DNA of 36,587 bases. Origin: a virus. Lineage: Duplodnaviria; Caudoviricetes. Position 1 is the stretch's first letter. Each line of letters opens with the position of its first letter. The notes under the pieces are model-generated. The model was not told the origin of the DNA and searched no databases. It was given only the letters and a program-made list of their open reading frames with translations. The position numbers and the translations under genes were made by a program. The stretch covers positions 1 to 36,587 of IMG/VR virus record IMGVR_UViG_3300047545_000675; one strand, 5' to 3'. Below, piece after piece: positions 28,455-36,587 of the stretch.

Positions 28455-29048
28455 CTATTGTAAATTTTTGACATGGCGTTCAAGGCGATCAATGCGATCT
28501 TTGATATCACCATCGCCGACCATGATTTTAACTTGATCTCTCTCGAATTGTTTAAATTCACTTTCAATCGCATCTAGTCTTTTAAGCAAGTCTTTTCTCT
28601 CGATATCGCAAGCGATAGCATGATCTTGAGATTCTTGGTCTCTCTTTTTTTTATCTTTGTAAAAGACCAGTGCAATCAAGATCGCTATCGCCAAAGGTAA
28701 ATTATTACCAGTTATCTTAAGCAATTCTTGAAGCTGATTGATCTCTGGTGGTAACGCTGGCGCTTCGATAGCCGTGTGAGTCACTGGCGCTTGAGATACG
28801 ATAGACGGATATGTGATGAGCATATCTAAATTTAAGGGTAAAGACATATCTAAATCTTTCTCTTGTGGTATATGGACGGGCTCTATTTTAGCTTGTTTTT
28901 TAAATGGCTTTTCAATTTTTTCATCTATTGTATTGAGTACCAGATACGATCCTTCTAAAAATTCACAGTCTTGGGGATCGTATGATTTACCTTCGTACCA
29001 GACACGCCCATCACTCAAGATATAAAATTGCTTTTTGATTATGCACAT
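28455..29048 (-). CDS. Hypothetical membrane protein with C-terminal coiled coil
   Basis: LPLAIAILIALVFY followed by KDKKKR; a lone reverse-strand gene. Confidence 0.6.
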   Translation of the reverse strand: MCIIKKQFYILSDGRVWYEGKSYDPQDCEFLEGSYLVLNTIDEKIEKPFKKQAKIEPVHIPQEKDLDMSLPLNLDMLITYPSIVSQAPVTHTAIEAPALPPEINQLQELLKITGNNLPLAIAILIALVFYKDKKKRDQESQDHAIACDIERKDLLKRLDAIESEFKQFERDQVKIMVGDGDIKDRIDRLERHVKNLQ

Positions 29049-29068
29049 GAAATAAACGCCCTTTGCTT

Positions 29069-29184
29069 TGTGTTAGATTGATGCGTTCTTGTCGTATCCT
29101 TGATTGAGATGATTTCTAGCGATCTTAACGCACACATTGAGTACAAGCCGGCTCTCTTTATCCTTGCAGTTTCTAGGGCTGGCT
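29069..29184 (+). ncRNA. Candidate structured RNA: two stem-loops displaying UAUCCU(UG)
   Basis: Stems 29069-80/29120-32, 29087-94/29101-09 and 29146-55/29175-84 pair on the + strand using G-U wobbles. Expression is not shown. Confidence 0.45.
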
Positions 29185-29284
29185 TCTCTAAATCTTCATT
29201 TATTTGCTTTTTATTTGATTTTCTCTAAATATGCTATCTACAATAATGTTTAATTGCGTATCAAAATGTTTCAAAAGGTAAAAT

Positions 29285-30688
29285 ATGTATCCAGCTATGA
29301 CGCTAAAGACTAAAGGGGAAGAGACTCAATATGTTGATGCTCAACCCATTTACAAAACTTACGGCATACCCGGGACAAATCTTTTATCTGGGTATGTGAG
29401 CGGTAAAGAACAGAATCCACAACTGACGGGGCGTAACTGGGTAATCACTGCTGAGGATATGCTCGCTACTGATCCCATTGTCAAAAGGTCGTGGGCAGTA
29501 GTAAAGCAGACTCTATTATCTGCTAAATGGATTTTCAAGGCTGGTGATGATAGCGATGTAGCCGAGGAATTGGCACGATTCGCAAATGAGGCATACGGCT
29601 TTGATGGGTATAGTGGCATGATGGATATTTCATGGGAAGAACAACTAGGATATCTATTGGAATTTATACCTCAGGGCTGGCGATATGCTGAGGAAATTTA
29701 TTGCGTTGAAAAAGACTCTATCGGGCAAGAAAAAGTATTTTTAAAAAGGTACGCAGATCGTGAGCCATCATCGCATCAAAGATGGCTATCTGCTGACGGT
29801 CGTAATCTTGATGGTGTTATTCAAAACATGGTGGGGGGCGTACAGCCTCAACCTATACCAGCATCAAAACTTTTACTATTGACTTTAAATAAAACCGGAT
29901 CAAATTTTGAAGGCATCGGCTTATTGCGTCCTTGCTGGTGGTGGTGGTCTCAAAAGCAAAGAACGGCAAATTTATTATCTGTTGGCGTTGAGCGCTGGGC
30001 TATCCCTACGCCTGTTGTGGCTGTTGATAGAGAGGTCGCTGAACGATCTGGCTTCACTGATGGGCAACTTAGCGAGATGATCAATGAAGCAGTGCGACAA
30101 GCACAATCTTATATAGCGCAAGAACAATCTTATTTAGTGGAAAATACAGCCGTTAAATTCTCGGCTTTTGGTAGTCAAGCTGGCTTCAATCCAGATGGCG
30201 CGCTTAAGGTTATTCAAGAGTGTGATAATCAAATCTCTCAAGCTTTCATGGCTCAATTTTTGAATCTAGGCATCTCGGACACTGGCGCTAGGTCGGTCGG
30301 TGAAGTGCATTTGTCTGTATTTAGAAGAGCATGTATTAACTTCTTAGATTTAGTAGCATCTGCTATATCAGGACAAGACCGCGCTGGTGGTGGTACAATC
30401 GGGCGTTTAATCAACTTCAATTATGGCAAGATCGAGTCTTCAAAGCTTCCCCGTCTAGTGCATACAGGCCTAGACAATGATGAGCTTACAGATGCCTTAA
30501 ATAGCTTGCCAGCCCTAGTATCAAGTCAACTGCTTACCCCAGACGACAATCTAGAGCGCGCGATAAGACAAAGAATCGGCGCCGGTGAATTACCTATTGA
30601 GGCGGTGCGTACTAGCCAAGACAGACAAGTGGCTCAAAATCCATCTCTTGCTATGGCAGAGAGATTGAGGAGTCTTAGAGATGAGTAA
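29285..30688 (+). CDS. Portal protein (Mu gp29 / DUF935-like)
   Basis: G.GLLRP.WW, ERWAIP, I..CD.QIS.A...Q.L and G..SVGEVH motifs; first gene of the head operon. Confidence 0.85.
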   Translation: MYPAMTLKTKGEETQYVDAQPIYKTYGIPGTNLLSGYVSGKEQNPQLTGRNWVITAEDMLATDPIVKRSWAVVKQTLLSAKWIFKAGDDSDVAEELARFANEAYGFDGYSGMMDISWEEQLGYLLEFIPQGWRYAEEIYCVEKDSIGQEKVFLKRYADREPSSHQRWLSADGRNLDGVIQNMVGGVQPQPIPASKLLLLTLNKTGSNFEGIGLLRPCWWWWSQKQRTANLLSVGVERWAIPTPVVAVDREVAERSGFTDGQLSEMINEAVRQAQSYIAQEQSYLVENTAVKFSAFGSQAGFNPDGALKVIQECDNQISQAFMAQFLNLGISDTGARSVGEVHLSVFRRACINFLDLVASAISGQDRAGGGTIGRLINFNYGKIESSKLPRLVHTGLDNDELTDALNSLPALVSSQLLTPDDNLERAIRQRIGAGELPIEAVRTSQDRQVAQNPSLAMAERLRSLRDE

Positions 30689-32180
30689 ATTTGAAAAGCA
30701 AGTGATCAATCAACAGCTCAAAAATTCAACCGAGTTAATGAATCTAGCTATCCCAGATAAATATAGTCACATTGATTTTACCCCGCCTAAAGGTGCTCAA
30801 GAGGCTGCTAAACGCGCTTTAGATAATCGAGCAAAAAAGCCGTCATCTCAAAGGGGTATGACTCCTATAGGCATCGCAAGGGCAAGGGATTTAATCAATG
30901 CAAAACAGCTATCGCCGGATACTGTGCGTCGTATGCTTGCCTATTTTACCCGTCATGAAGTCGATAAACAAGGCTCAACATGGGCGGTATATGGCAAAGG
31001 GCGACAGGCATGGGATGGCTGGGGCGGTGATGCTGGCTATACATGGGCTAAAAAAGTGGTAGGACAAATGGATAAAGCAGACCAAGAATATAAGGCACTG
31101 AGCGAATTGAGACCAGTAGCCAGCCTTATCAAAGGCAAACCTTTTTTAACGCTAGCTTTAGGCGATGTAAACTCTCGCATGAATGGCAATAAAATAAGCA
31201 CTATCACACTAAAAGACCTAGAGGAAATCGTAAGAGTATTTTATGAGCGAAAGACTGCAGATAATGTTATTATTGATTGGAATCATGCTTCTTCGCCTTA
31301 TGCCTCTAGCCTTTCTAGCCCTGATGTGTCTATGGCTCTGGGGCAAATAGCTGACCTTGAAATCAAGGATAATGGGCTTTATGCCTATCCCCTTTATACA
31401 GCCAAGGGCGCTCAAATCGTTGAGGAGTCTGAGGGTAATCTATGGTCTAGCCCTGAATTTATCATAGGCCCCGTCTATGCTAGAGATGGTGGGAATAAAA
31501 TAGGTGATGCCCAACTTTTAGCCGTCACCTTAACGCCTAGACCAGCACAATCACAGTCAAAAATAGATCGTATTCTTTTAACGGAGAAACTTATGGATCA
31601 AACAGAATTACAAGGTAAGAGCGTTGATGAGCTCATTGCCATGCTTTTAGAAAAAGACGCGCTCGTCAAGCAACTAGAAGCCAAGTTATCAGCACTAGAG
31701 TCTGAGATGGAATCAAGCGTGAGCGAAGATGCTGTGCTCGTTGCTGATGGTGAAAAGAAAGATGGCTATGCTGCTATGAGCGAAGCTAGCGTGAAACTCA
31801 TGAATGAGATGTCAAGCAAAATCACCGCCCTCAATGAACAAGTTAATAAGCTTCAAGCTGAGAAACATGGCGCTGAACGCAAGAACGCTATCGATGCCCT
31901 CTTAAACACTGGCAAGATCGCGCCAAGCGAGAAAGCAGTAGCTGAGGAAGCTTACGACCTCAAAGACAAAAGCCCATCTTTTTGGCGTATGTTCTCTGAG
32001 AGACAAGCAAATCAAGCAGTCAATTTGTCTGAAGTCGGGCACGCTGAAGCAAGCAAGCCTATCTCTTTGAGTGAACAAGTTAGATCAATTCAAAAAGAAA
32101 AAGGCATCACCTTTGCACAAGCGCTAGACCTCTTTAAAAATGAAAATCCACAAGCTTATAAGCAATATTTTGGAGTGTAA
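30681..32180 (+). CDS. Prohead protease/scaffold (Mu gpI-like) with extra N-terminal domain
   Basis: IDWNH, A.G.I..L, SPEF and LT.RPA motifs; C-terminal coiled-coil scaffold containing GKIAP. Confidence 0.82.
   Translation: MSKFEKQVINQQLKNSTELMNLAIPDKYSHIDFTPPKGAQEAAKRALDNRAKKPSSQRGMTPIGIARARDLINAKQLSPDTVRRMLAYFTRHEVDKQGSTWAVYGKGRQAWDGWGGDAGYTWAKKVVGQMDKADQEYKALSELRPVASLIKGKPFLTLALGDVNSRMNGNKISTITLKDLEEIVRVFYERKTADNVIIDWNHASSPYASSLSSPDVSMALGQIADLEIKDNGLYAYPLYTAKGAQIVEESEGNLWSSPEFIIGPVYARDGGNKIGDAQLLAVTLTPRPAQSQSKIDRILLTEKLMDQTELQGKSVDELIAMLLEKDALVKQLEAKLSALESEMESSVSEDAVLVADGEKKDGYAAMSEASVKLMNEMSSKITALNEQVNKLQAEKHGAERKNAIDALLNTGKIAPSEKAVAEEAYDLKDKSPSFWRMFSERQANQAVNLSEVGHAEASKPISLSEQVRSIQKEKGITFAQALDLFKNENPQAYKQYFGV
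31593..32180 (+). CDS. Internally initiated scaffold protein (Mu gpZ-like)
   Basis: GGAG-aaactt-ATG in frame directly after the protease domain. Confidence 0.55.
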   Translation: MDQTELQGKSVDELIAMLLEKDALVKQLEAKLSALESEMESSVSEDAVLVADGEKKDGYAAMSEASVKLMNEMSSKITALNEQVNKLQAEKHGAERKNAIDALLNTGKIAPSEKAVAEEAYDLKDKSPSFWRMFSERQANQAVNLSEVGHAEASKPISLSEQVRSIQKEKGITFAQALDLFKNENPQAYKQYFGV

Positions 32181-32182
32181 TC

Positions 32183-32575
32183 ATGGCTTTTAATGAACAA
32201 AGCATTTATAAATCATTCGTGGCATCTGCTAGCATCACTGCTTTTCAACTTGTTAAGCAAGACTCTGACGGCAAAGTGACTCCATGCACAGCCTCAACCG
32301 ATGTACCTGTAGGCGTATCTCAACAAGCCGTCTCAAGTGGCGATGTCGTCAATGTTTGCATTTTAGGCTTAACAAGATGTATCGCTGGGGGCGCTATCAC
32401 CGCCGGCACTCATTTCTTTGTTATGCCCGGTCTCGCTGGTAAAGTCTATGCTTATGACGGCTCTGGCGCAAGCACTCAAATCATTGCGGGGCGCTTCTTG
32501 GCTAATGATGTCAATGTCGCTGGCTCAAACAATGAACAAATCGAAGTTTTATTTAGCCCATCTTTAGGAGTATAA
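32183..32575 (+). CDS. Capsid cement/decoration protein (DUF2190-like)
   Basis: PVGVS...V..GD.V.V...G....AGGAITAG pattern; lies between scaffold and capsid. Confidence 0.7.
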   Translation: MAFNEQSIYKSFVASASITAFQLVKQDSDGKVTPCTASTDVPVGVSQQAVSSGDVVNVCILGLTRCIAGGAITAGTHFFVMPGLAGKVYAYDGSGASTQIIAGRFLANDVNVAGSNNEQIEVLFSPSLGV

Positions 32576-32576
32576 C

Positions 32577-33608
32577 ATGGCAAATCCTAGCTATAGCAAT
32601 ATTCATCCAGTCAACGAAATTCTAAAAAATCTTGCCATTGAAGCGATCCCATCAGATGGGCAACTCATTGCAGATCAAGTTATTGAAAAGGTTGATGTTT
32701 CATCCGTTGGCCCTACCGGTACTCTTCTCATTGAAGAAACTCGTAACTTCATGGGCGCTCCAGATGTATCAGCAGAAAGAGCTCCCGGCGCCGGTCGTCA
32801 AACAATCGGCAATTTTGATCGCACTAGCACTACATACAGCGCTAAGATTTATTCTTTATCTGATAGCATCGCTTTAGAAGATATCGCTTATTCTCAATAT
32901 CCCGGCAATGAAGAAACAAGAAGCTTTAAAAAAGTGCAAAGAGCAATGCTTTTAGCCCGTGAGTCACGCCTTGCAAATCTTTTGTTTAGTGCTGGTAATT
33001 GGGGATCATATACCGCCGATCTCGATGCGTTAGGCAATGGGGCAAAAGGCACTCAATGGAATTCCGCTGGTGCAGAGCCTTTAACCGATCTTCACGCCCT
33101 TATCGATGTCATTCGTGCAAATGCCCATGGTATTTTGCCTGATACTCTCGTTCTCGGTTATGGCGCTTTGCGTGCTTTGTCTAGAGCTCCAGATGTCAGA
33201 GGATTTTTCACAGCTGGCTCAACCGCATCAGGTACAGCAGCAGGCAATAGAATTATGCAAGACAACATGGTGATCAGCGTTCTCAAAGAAGTTTTAGGCG
33301 TGCAAAATGTGTTTGTTGGCTCTGCTCGCAAAGAAACAGCAAACGCCGGATTGACTTCAAGCGAAGCTCAAATTTGGACAGATGACTCTGTATTCATGGG
33401 CATCATGAAGGGTAGCGATGCAGTAAGCAATAAAAATGGCACTAAAGTCATGCCCGTAGCTGCTCTTAATTTTCAATATGCTGGCTTCTCAAGTGGTGCT
33501 TATGATGATCTCGCTATGACAAAGCGTACTGTATGGCTAGAACATACCCATCAAGACAAGATTATCGCTCAAAATTACGGCTTCTTGCTCACTGACTGCC
33601 TTGCTTAG
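32577..33608 (+). CDS. Major capsid protein
   Basis: 343 aa; L.RE.R.A, W.....PL.D, PDTLVLG and terminal GFLL..C motifs; position. Confidence 0.85.
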   Translation: MANPSYSNIHPVNEILKNLAIEAIPSDGQLIADQVIEKVDVSSVGPTGTLLIEETRNFMGAPDVSAERAPGAGRQTIGNFDRTSTTYSAKIYSLSDSIALEDIAYSQYPGNEETRSFKKVQRAMLLARESRLANLLFSAGNWGSYTADLDALGNGAKGTQWNSAGAEPLTDLHALIDVIRANAHGILPDTLVLGYGALRALSRAPDVRGFFTAGSTASGTAAGNRIMQDNMVISVLKEVLGVQNVFVGSARKETANAGLTSSEAQIWTDDSVFMGIMKGSDAVSNKNGTKVMPVAALNFQYAGFSSGAYDDLAMTKRTVWLEHTHQDKIIAQNYGFLLTDCLA

Positions 33609-33623
33609 TGCTTTAGGATTCTT

Positions 33624-34535
33624 ATGTTTTGTTTTCATTGTGGGCATCATTCTCATCATCATGTCTCCCTAGCTGAGAAAGATGCTGATCAAGAGGCTAT
33701 CGATGATCTCAAAAAACAACTCGAATCCGAATCAAATCCAGATATGAAAGCCTTGATAAAATCAAGGTTAGATATCCTAAAAAAAGAGGTGAGTGTAGCT
33801 CAAGAATTTGAACGACAACTCACAAAATCGACAAAGAAATTACAAGACGCCATCGCCAGAATAATCAAAGAAGGACGCGGGCAAGTCTTATTAAATATGA
33901 CGCCCGCCGAATTGAAAAACTTCTTGATCTCTGAGGGGCTCGGCGACTCGATAGCGTACTTTGAGGCATCTCAACTTGACATCGTTGAGATGACAAATAA
34001 GGCGATGAAAGCCATCGATCCGAATTTTATCAGTGGCGATATAAATTTAATTTCTAGCACTATACAAAGAGCCAGCGCATCGGTCTTTGATGATAGCGTC
34101 ATACCATCTCTAAGCAAATCGATTAAAGATGCGGTTAATACGGTGGCTGTCATCGGATCGACTAAAGCGCCACTAGATGCCTTAGCACAATCTTTTCAAA
34201 GGGCAACAAGCGCAAATACAACGCAAGCGCGATTGAAAATATCGGAATTCGGACGATCTGTACAAGCGATAAACGCCGATCAAGCTGGAATAGATTTATT
34301 TATGTATGTAGGGCCTAAAGACGGGATTACGCGCCCTTTTTGTCGTAAACTCGTAGGCAAGGTATTAAGCAAGTCTCAAATCAATAAGCTTAATAATGGT
34401 CAAGGTGCTGGACCAGTGTTGACAAGTGGGGGCGGGTATAATTGCCGTCATTCATGGTCACCAGTAAGCAAAGGGTTTATCAAAGTCATGGATTTAACGG
34501 TGGCAACAGATAGCGAAATAAAGGATTTAACATGA
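33624..34535 (+). CDS. Head morphogenesis / minor capsid protein (MuF-like)
   Basis: Y.GP.D..TRPFC and GGYNCRHSW motifs. Confidence 0.75.
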   Translation: MFCFHCGHHSHHHVSLAEKDADQEAIDDLKKQLESESNPDMKALIKSRLDILKKEVSVAQEFERQLTKSTKKLQDAIARIIKEGRGQVLLNMTPAELKNFLISEGLGDSIAYFEASQLDIVEMTNKAMKAIDPNFISGDINLISSTIQRASASVFDDSVIPSLSKSIKDAVNTVAVIGSTKAPLDALAQSFQRATSANTTQARLKISEFGRSVQAINADQAGIDLFMYVGPKDGITRPFCRKLVGKVLSKSQINKLNNGQGAGPVLTSGGGYNCRHSWSPVSKGFIKVMDLTVATDSEIKDLT

Positions 34536-35482
34536 TCAAAGCACAACAAAACAAAGACTATAATTTCATCTGGCAAGCCCCATCGGTTATCACTGGCACG
34601 CCATCGATCACCTTTCACCTTGAAAGCGGTGATATCACTAGCGCCATGACTCAAGGGCGGGCATCACTAACAGCCACTGCTATCGCAAATGACAGACGGT
34701 CATTGACTTTATCAGCGTCCACGACTAGCCTCAAGCCCTATCAAAGTCAGGCGTTTTTGTTGACAGATAGCGATGACTACTTCGCGATAAGACCAGTGAG
34801 GATCGTAGGGGCTAGCTTGATCATAGGCGATCCACTGCCTAGAGATATTTCTTTTTCTAGTAGTGCATCAGTGCAATTTGCGTGCTGGTCATATCTTGCC
34901 AGCTCTAGCACTATCACAGCAGAAAAAGCAGATATCGCTTTTACTATTGAATACATCGAGAGCCTTGGCGGTCAATCAATTAACAAAATCGATAAAGGCA
35001 TTCTCAAGGTCGTACCAAGGCCATTTAATACGGGGCTAGATCATAATAAATTGTGCGCTCTGTTCCCTCATATCGCCGATTTAGCGCCTAGACGGGCAAA
35101 TGGATTTGAAGATCAGATTGATGCTGCATTGAGTGAATTGTCTATGTATGTCAGAGATTTGATCGTTCCTGATGATGTGGATGAAGACGACATACACAAC
35201 ACGCAAGATTTGCTACAGGCTCATTCCTATCTTACTTTAGCAAGAATCCACGAATTAAACGGCAACATTGATTTAAGCGAAAAGATGCGCGCAAGGGGTA
35301 TGCAACTTGCTGATCTCACAATGAGAACAATCAGTCTTGATATCAATAAGGACGGTATTGCTCAAGACGATGAATTAAATAAAAGAGTCAAGGGCTACGG
35401 CGTTGTAGGTGGCAATTTTGCAGATCGTATCGCTACCACATACGAGCAGACCTTTAGCCCTAGTCGTGGCATGAGGCACTAG
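34532..35482 (+). CDS. Putative head-tail adaptor with N-terminal beta domain
   Basis: Helical C-terminal half; position after the head genes. Confidence 0.45.
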   Translation: MIKAQQNKDYNFIWQAPSVITGTPSITFHLESGDITSAMTQGRASLTATAIANDRRSLTLSASTTSLKPYQSQAFLLTDSDDYFAIRPVRIVGASLIIGDPLPRDISFSSSASVQFACWSYLASSSTITAEKADIAFTIEYIESLGGQSINKIDKGILKVVPRPFNTGLDHNKLCALFPHIADLAPRRANGFEDQIDAALSELSMYVRDLIVPDDVDEDDIHNTQDLLQAHSYLTLARIHELNGNIDLSEKMRARGMQLADLTMRTISLDINKDGIAQDDELNKRVKGYGVVGGNFADRIATTYEQTFSPSRGMRH

Positions 35483-35995
35483 ATGAAAGCAACGATTAAG
35501 CTAAATCTTCCGTCCATCCAGATGAGTCAACAGATGATGGCTCAAACTGGCTTAGATATGGTATCGCTCATCAAGGTACGCATCTATAAAGGTCTTGACG
35601 CAAATGGGAAGCCATTTAAGCCATACTCGATCAAGCCTTTGTATGTCTCAAAAGGCTCTCCACTTGCCAGACGCCTAGCGCCTAAAGGTGGGATCAAGAC
35701 TAAAAAAGGAATGTTCTTTGCTGGTGGCTATCGTGAATACAAAGATAAATCTCGTAAAAGAAGTAATTCTATCGAGGGGCAAACAGCCGAAGTCGATCTC
35801 ACTTTGTCGGGCGTGATGATGCAAAATTTCACGGTGCTAAAATCATCTGATAAAGGTTTTACGATAGGTCTTTTGCCACCAGTGGAATCGTATGGCTATG
35901 CAGTCAATGCGCAAAGGCAATTCATCGGATTGACTAATGATGAAGTGCAAAAGCTTATTGAGATGGTTACTATCAATCTTATGGGGGAATCATGA
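35483..35995 (+). CDS. Neck / tail completion protein (Mu gpG-like)
   Basis: G.D.NG.PF.PYS, DLTLSG.M and RQFIGLT motifs. Confidence 0.65.
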   Translation: MKATIKLNLPSIQMSQQMMAQTGLDMVSLIKVRIYKGLDANGKPFKPYSIKPLYVSKGSPLARRLAPKGGIKTKKGMFFAGGYREYKDKSRKRSNSIEGQTAEVDLTLSGVMMQNFTVLKSSDKGFTIGLLPPVESYGYAVNAQRQFIGLTNDEVQKLIEMVTINLMGES

Positions 35996-36453
35996 GCAAG
36001 GGCATATCTCTATCTATCGATCACCTTATTGATCGCATCGAGGCGCTTACGCCTAAAACAGATTCATATCATGGCTATCTTTGCATAAGTGATGCAAGCG
36101 GGCGTAATCTCTCTCTAGAGTCTAGATCAAATCAAAATCGTATCTTTGATATTCGCTTTCAAAGCCTTGCTCAAGACGATGGGCAAGCGGGCATATCTGG
36201 ACGCAAAAGAATAGATTTACTGCTTCGAGTTAGGTATGATATAGGCGGTGACTTAGCTCTCTTAGATCGCATGATCGCAGAGGATTCTAGCCAGCTGATC
36301 AATAGCCTTAAACAGCCCGATTATGACGCTGATAATACCGGCATCGTGTCTTTGATACCAGCGCAAGCGTCCTTATCCGAGATACAAAATGATCCCTCTC
36401 AAGTGGGCTATTTACTATCCCTACCCTTTACCCTTTTATATATAGAGGAATAA
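35992..36453 (+). CDS. Putative tail terminator
   Basis: 153 aa, directly before the tail tube gene; ends with a F.L.Y.E strand. Confidence 0.5.
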   Translation: MSKGISLSIDHLIDRIEALTPKTDSYHGYLCISDASGRNLSLESRSNQNRIFDIRFQSLAQDDGQAGISGRKRIDLLLRVRYDIGGDLALLDRMIAEDSSQLINSLKQPDYDADNTGIVSLIPAQASLSEIQNDPSQVGYLLSLPFTLLYIEE

Positions 36454-36456
36454 AAA

Positions 36457-36587
36457 ATGACAGTTACACATAGAAGCATATCAGTAGCGAGCGAGGCATC
36501 TTTTGGCTCAATCGACACAAGCACAGGCTTGCCATCTGCTAGCGGTTTAAGCTTTATCTCTTTACCTTGCGAGCGTGATCCTATCGT
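36457..36587 (+). CDS. Major tail protein, 5' part (continues at window start)
   Basis: GAGGA RBS and ATG at 36457; frame open to the end of the window. Confidence 0.7.
   Translation, partial: MTVTHRSISVASEASFGSIDTSTGLPSASGLSFISLPCERDPI
36461..36587. repeat. Terminal overlap identical to 1-127
   Basis: Direct sequence identity. Confidence 0.95.

Noticed and set aside
29069-29184. tRNA or simple intrinsic terminator
   Set aside because: There is no cloverleaf or T-loop consensus, the loops are large, and no U-run follows the stems directly.
179-34654. Numerous 60-106 aa ORFs antisense or out of frame within long genes (e.g. 179-421, 2583-2894, 15728-16033, 26292-26612, 29359-29619)
   Set aside because: They are shadow ORFs nested in well-supported genes, with no convincing RBS or motifs.
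36461-36587. 127-bp terminal repeat as a biological direct terminal repeat
   Set aside because: It falls inside a gene and matches a typical assembler k-mer length, so it indicates circular assembly and not the packaged ends.

Overview
The window is an apparently complete, circularly assembled tailed-phage genome of 36,460 bp. Positions 36461-36587 repeat 1-127 exactly, and the tail-tube gene runs across that junction. The head module is Mu-like (portal, protease/scaffold, cement, capsid). The tail module has no sheath gene and includes a G/GT-type -1 frameshift chaperone pair, a tape measure protein and a modular fibre. Other genes include an M15A endolysin, class II RNR, ThyX, dCMP deaminase, a RecT-like annealase, DnaB with a ~90-aa insert, an initiator-like gene with an internal origin-like element, SSB, terminases flanking a sigma-like gene, and a PAPS-reductase-family gene. 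I recognised no integrase, DNA polymerase, tRNA or CRISPR array. The best novelty candidates are: (1) a two-hairpin non-coding element at 29069-29184 whose loops are complementary to the phage's own AGGAT(A) ribosome-binding sites; (2) three small fibre-associated genes joined by a conserved W-R-I / M-S-Y junction. All protein calls come from motif recognition and gene order by eye, and no searches were run.
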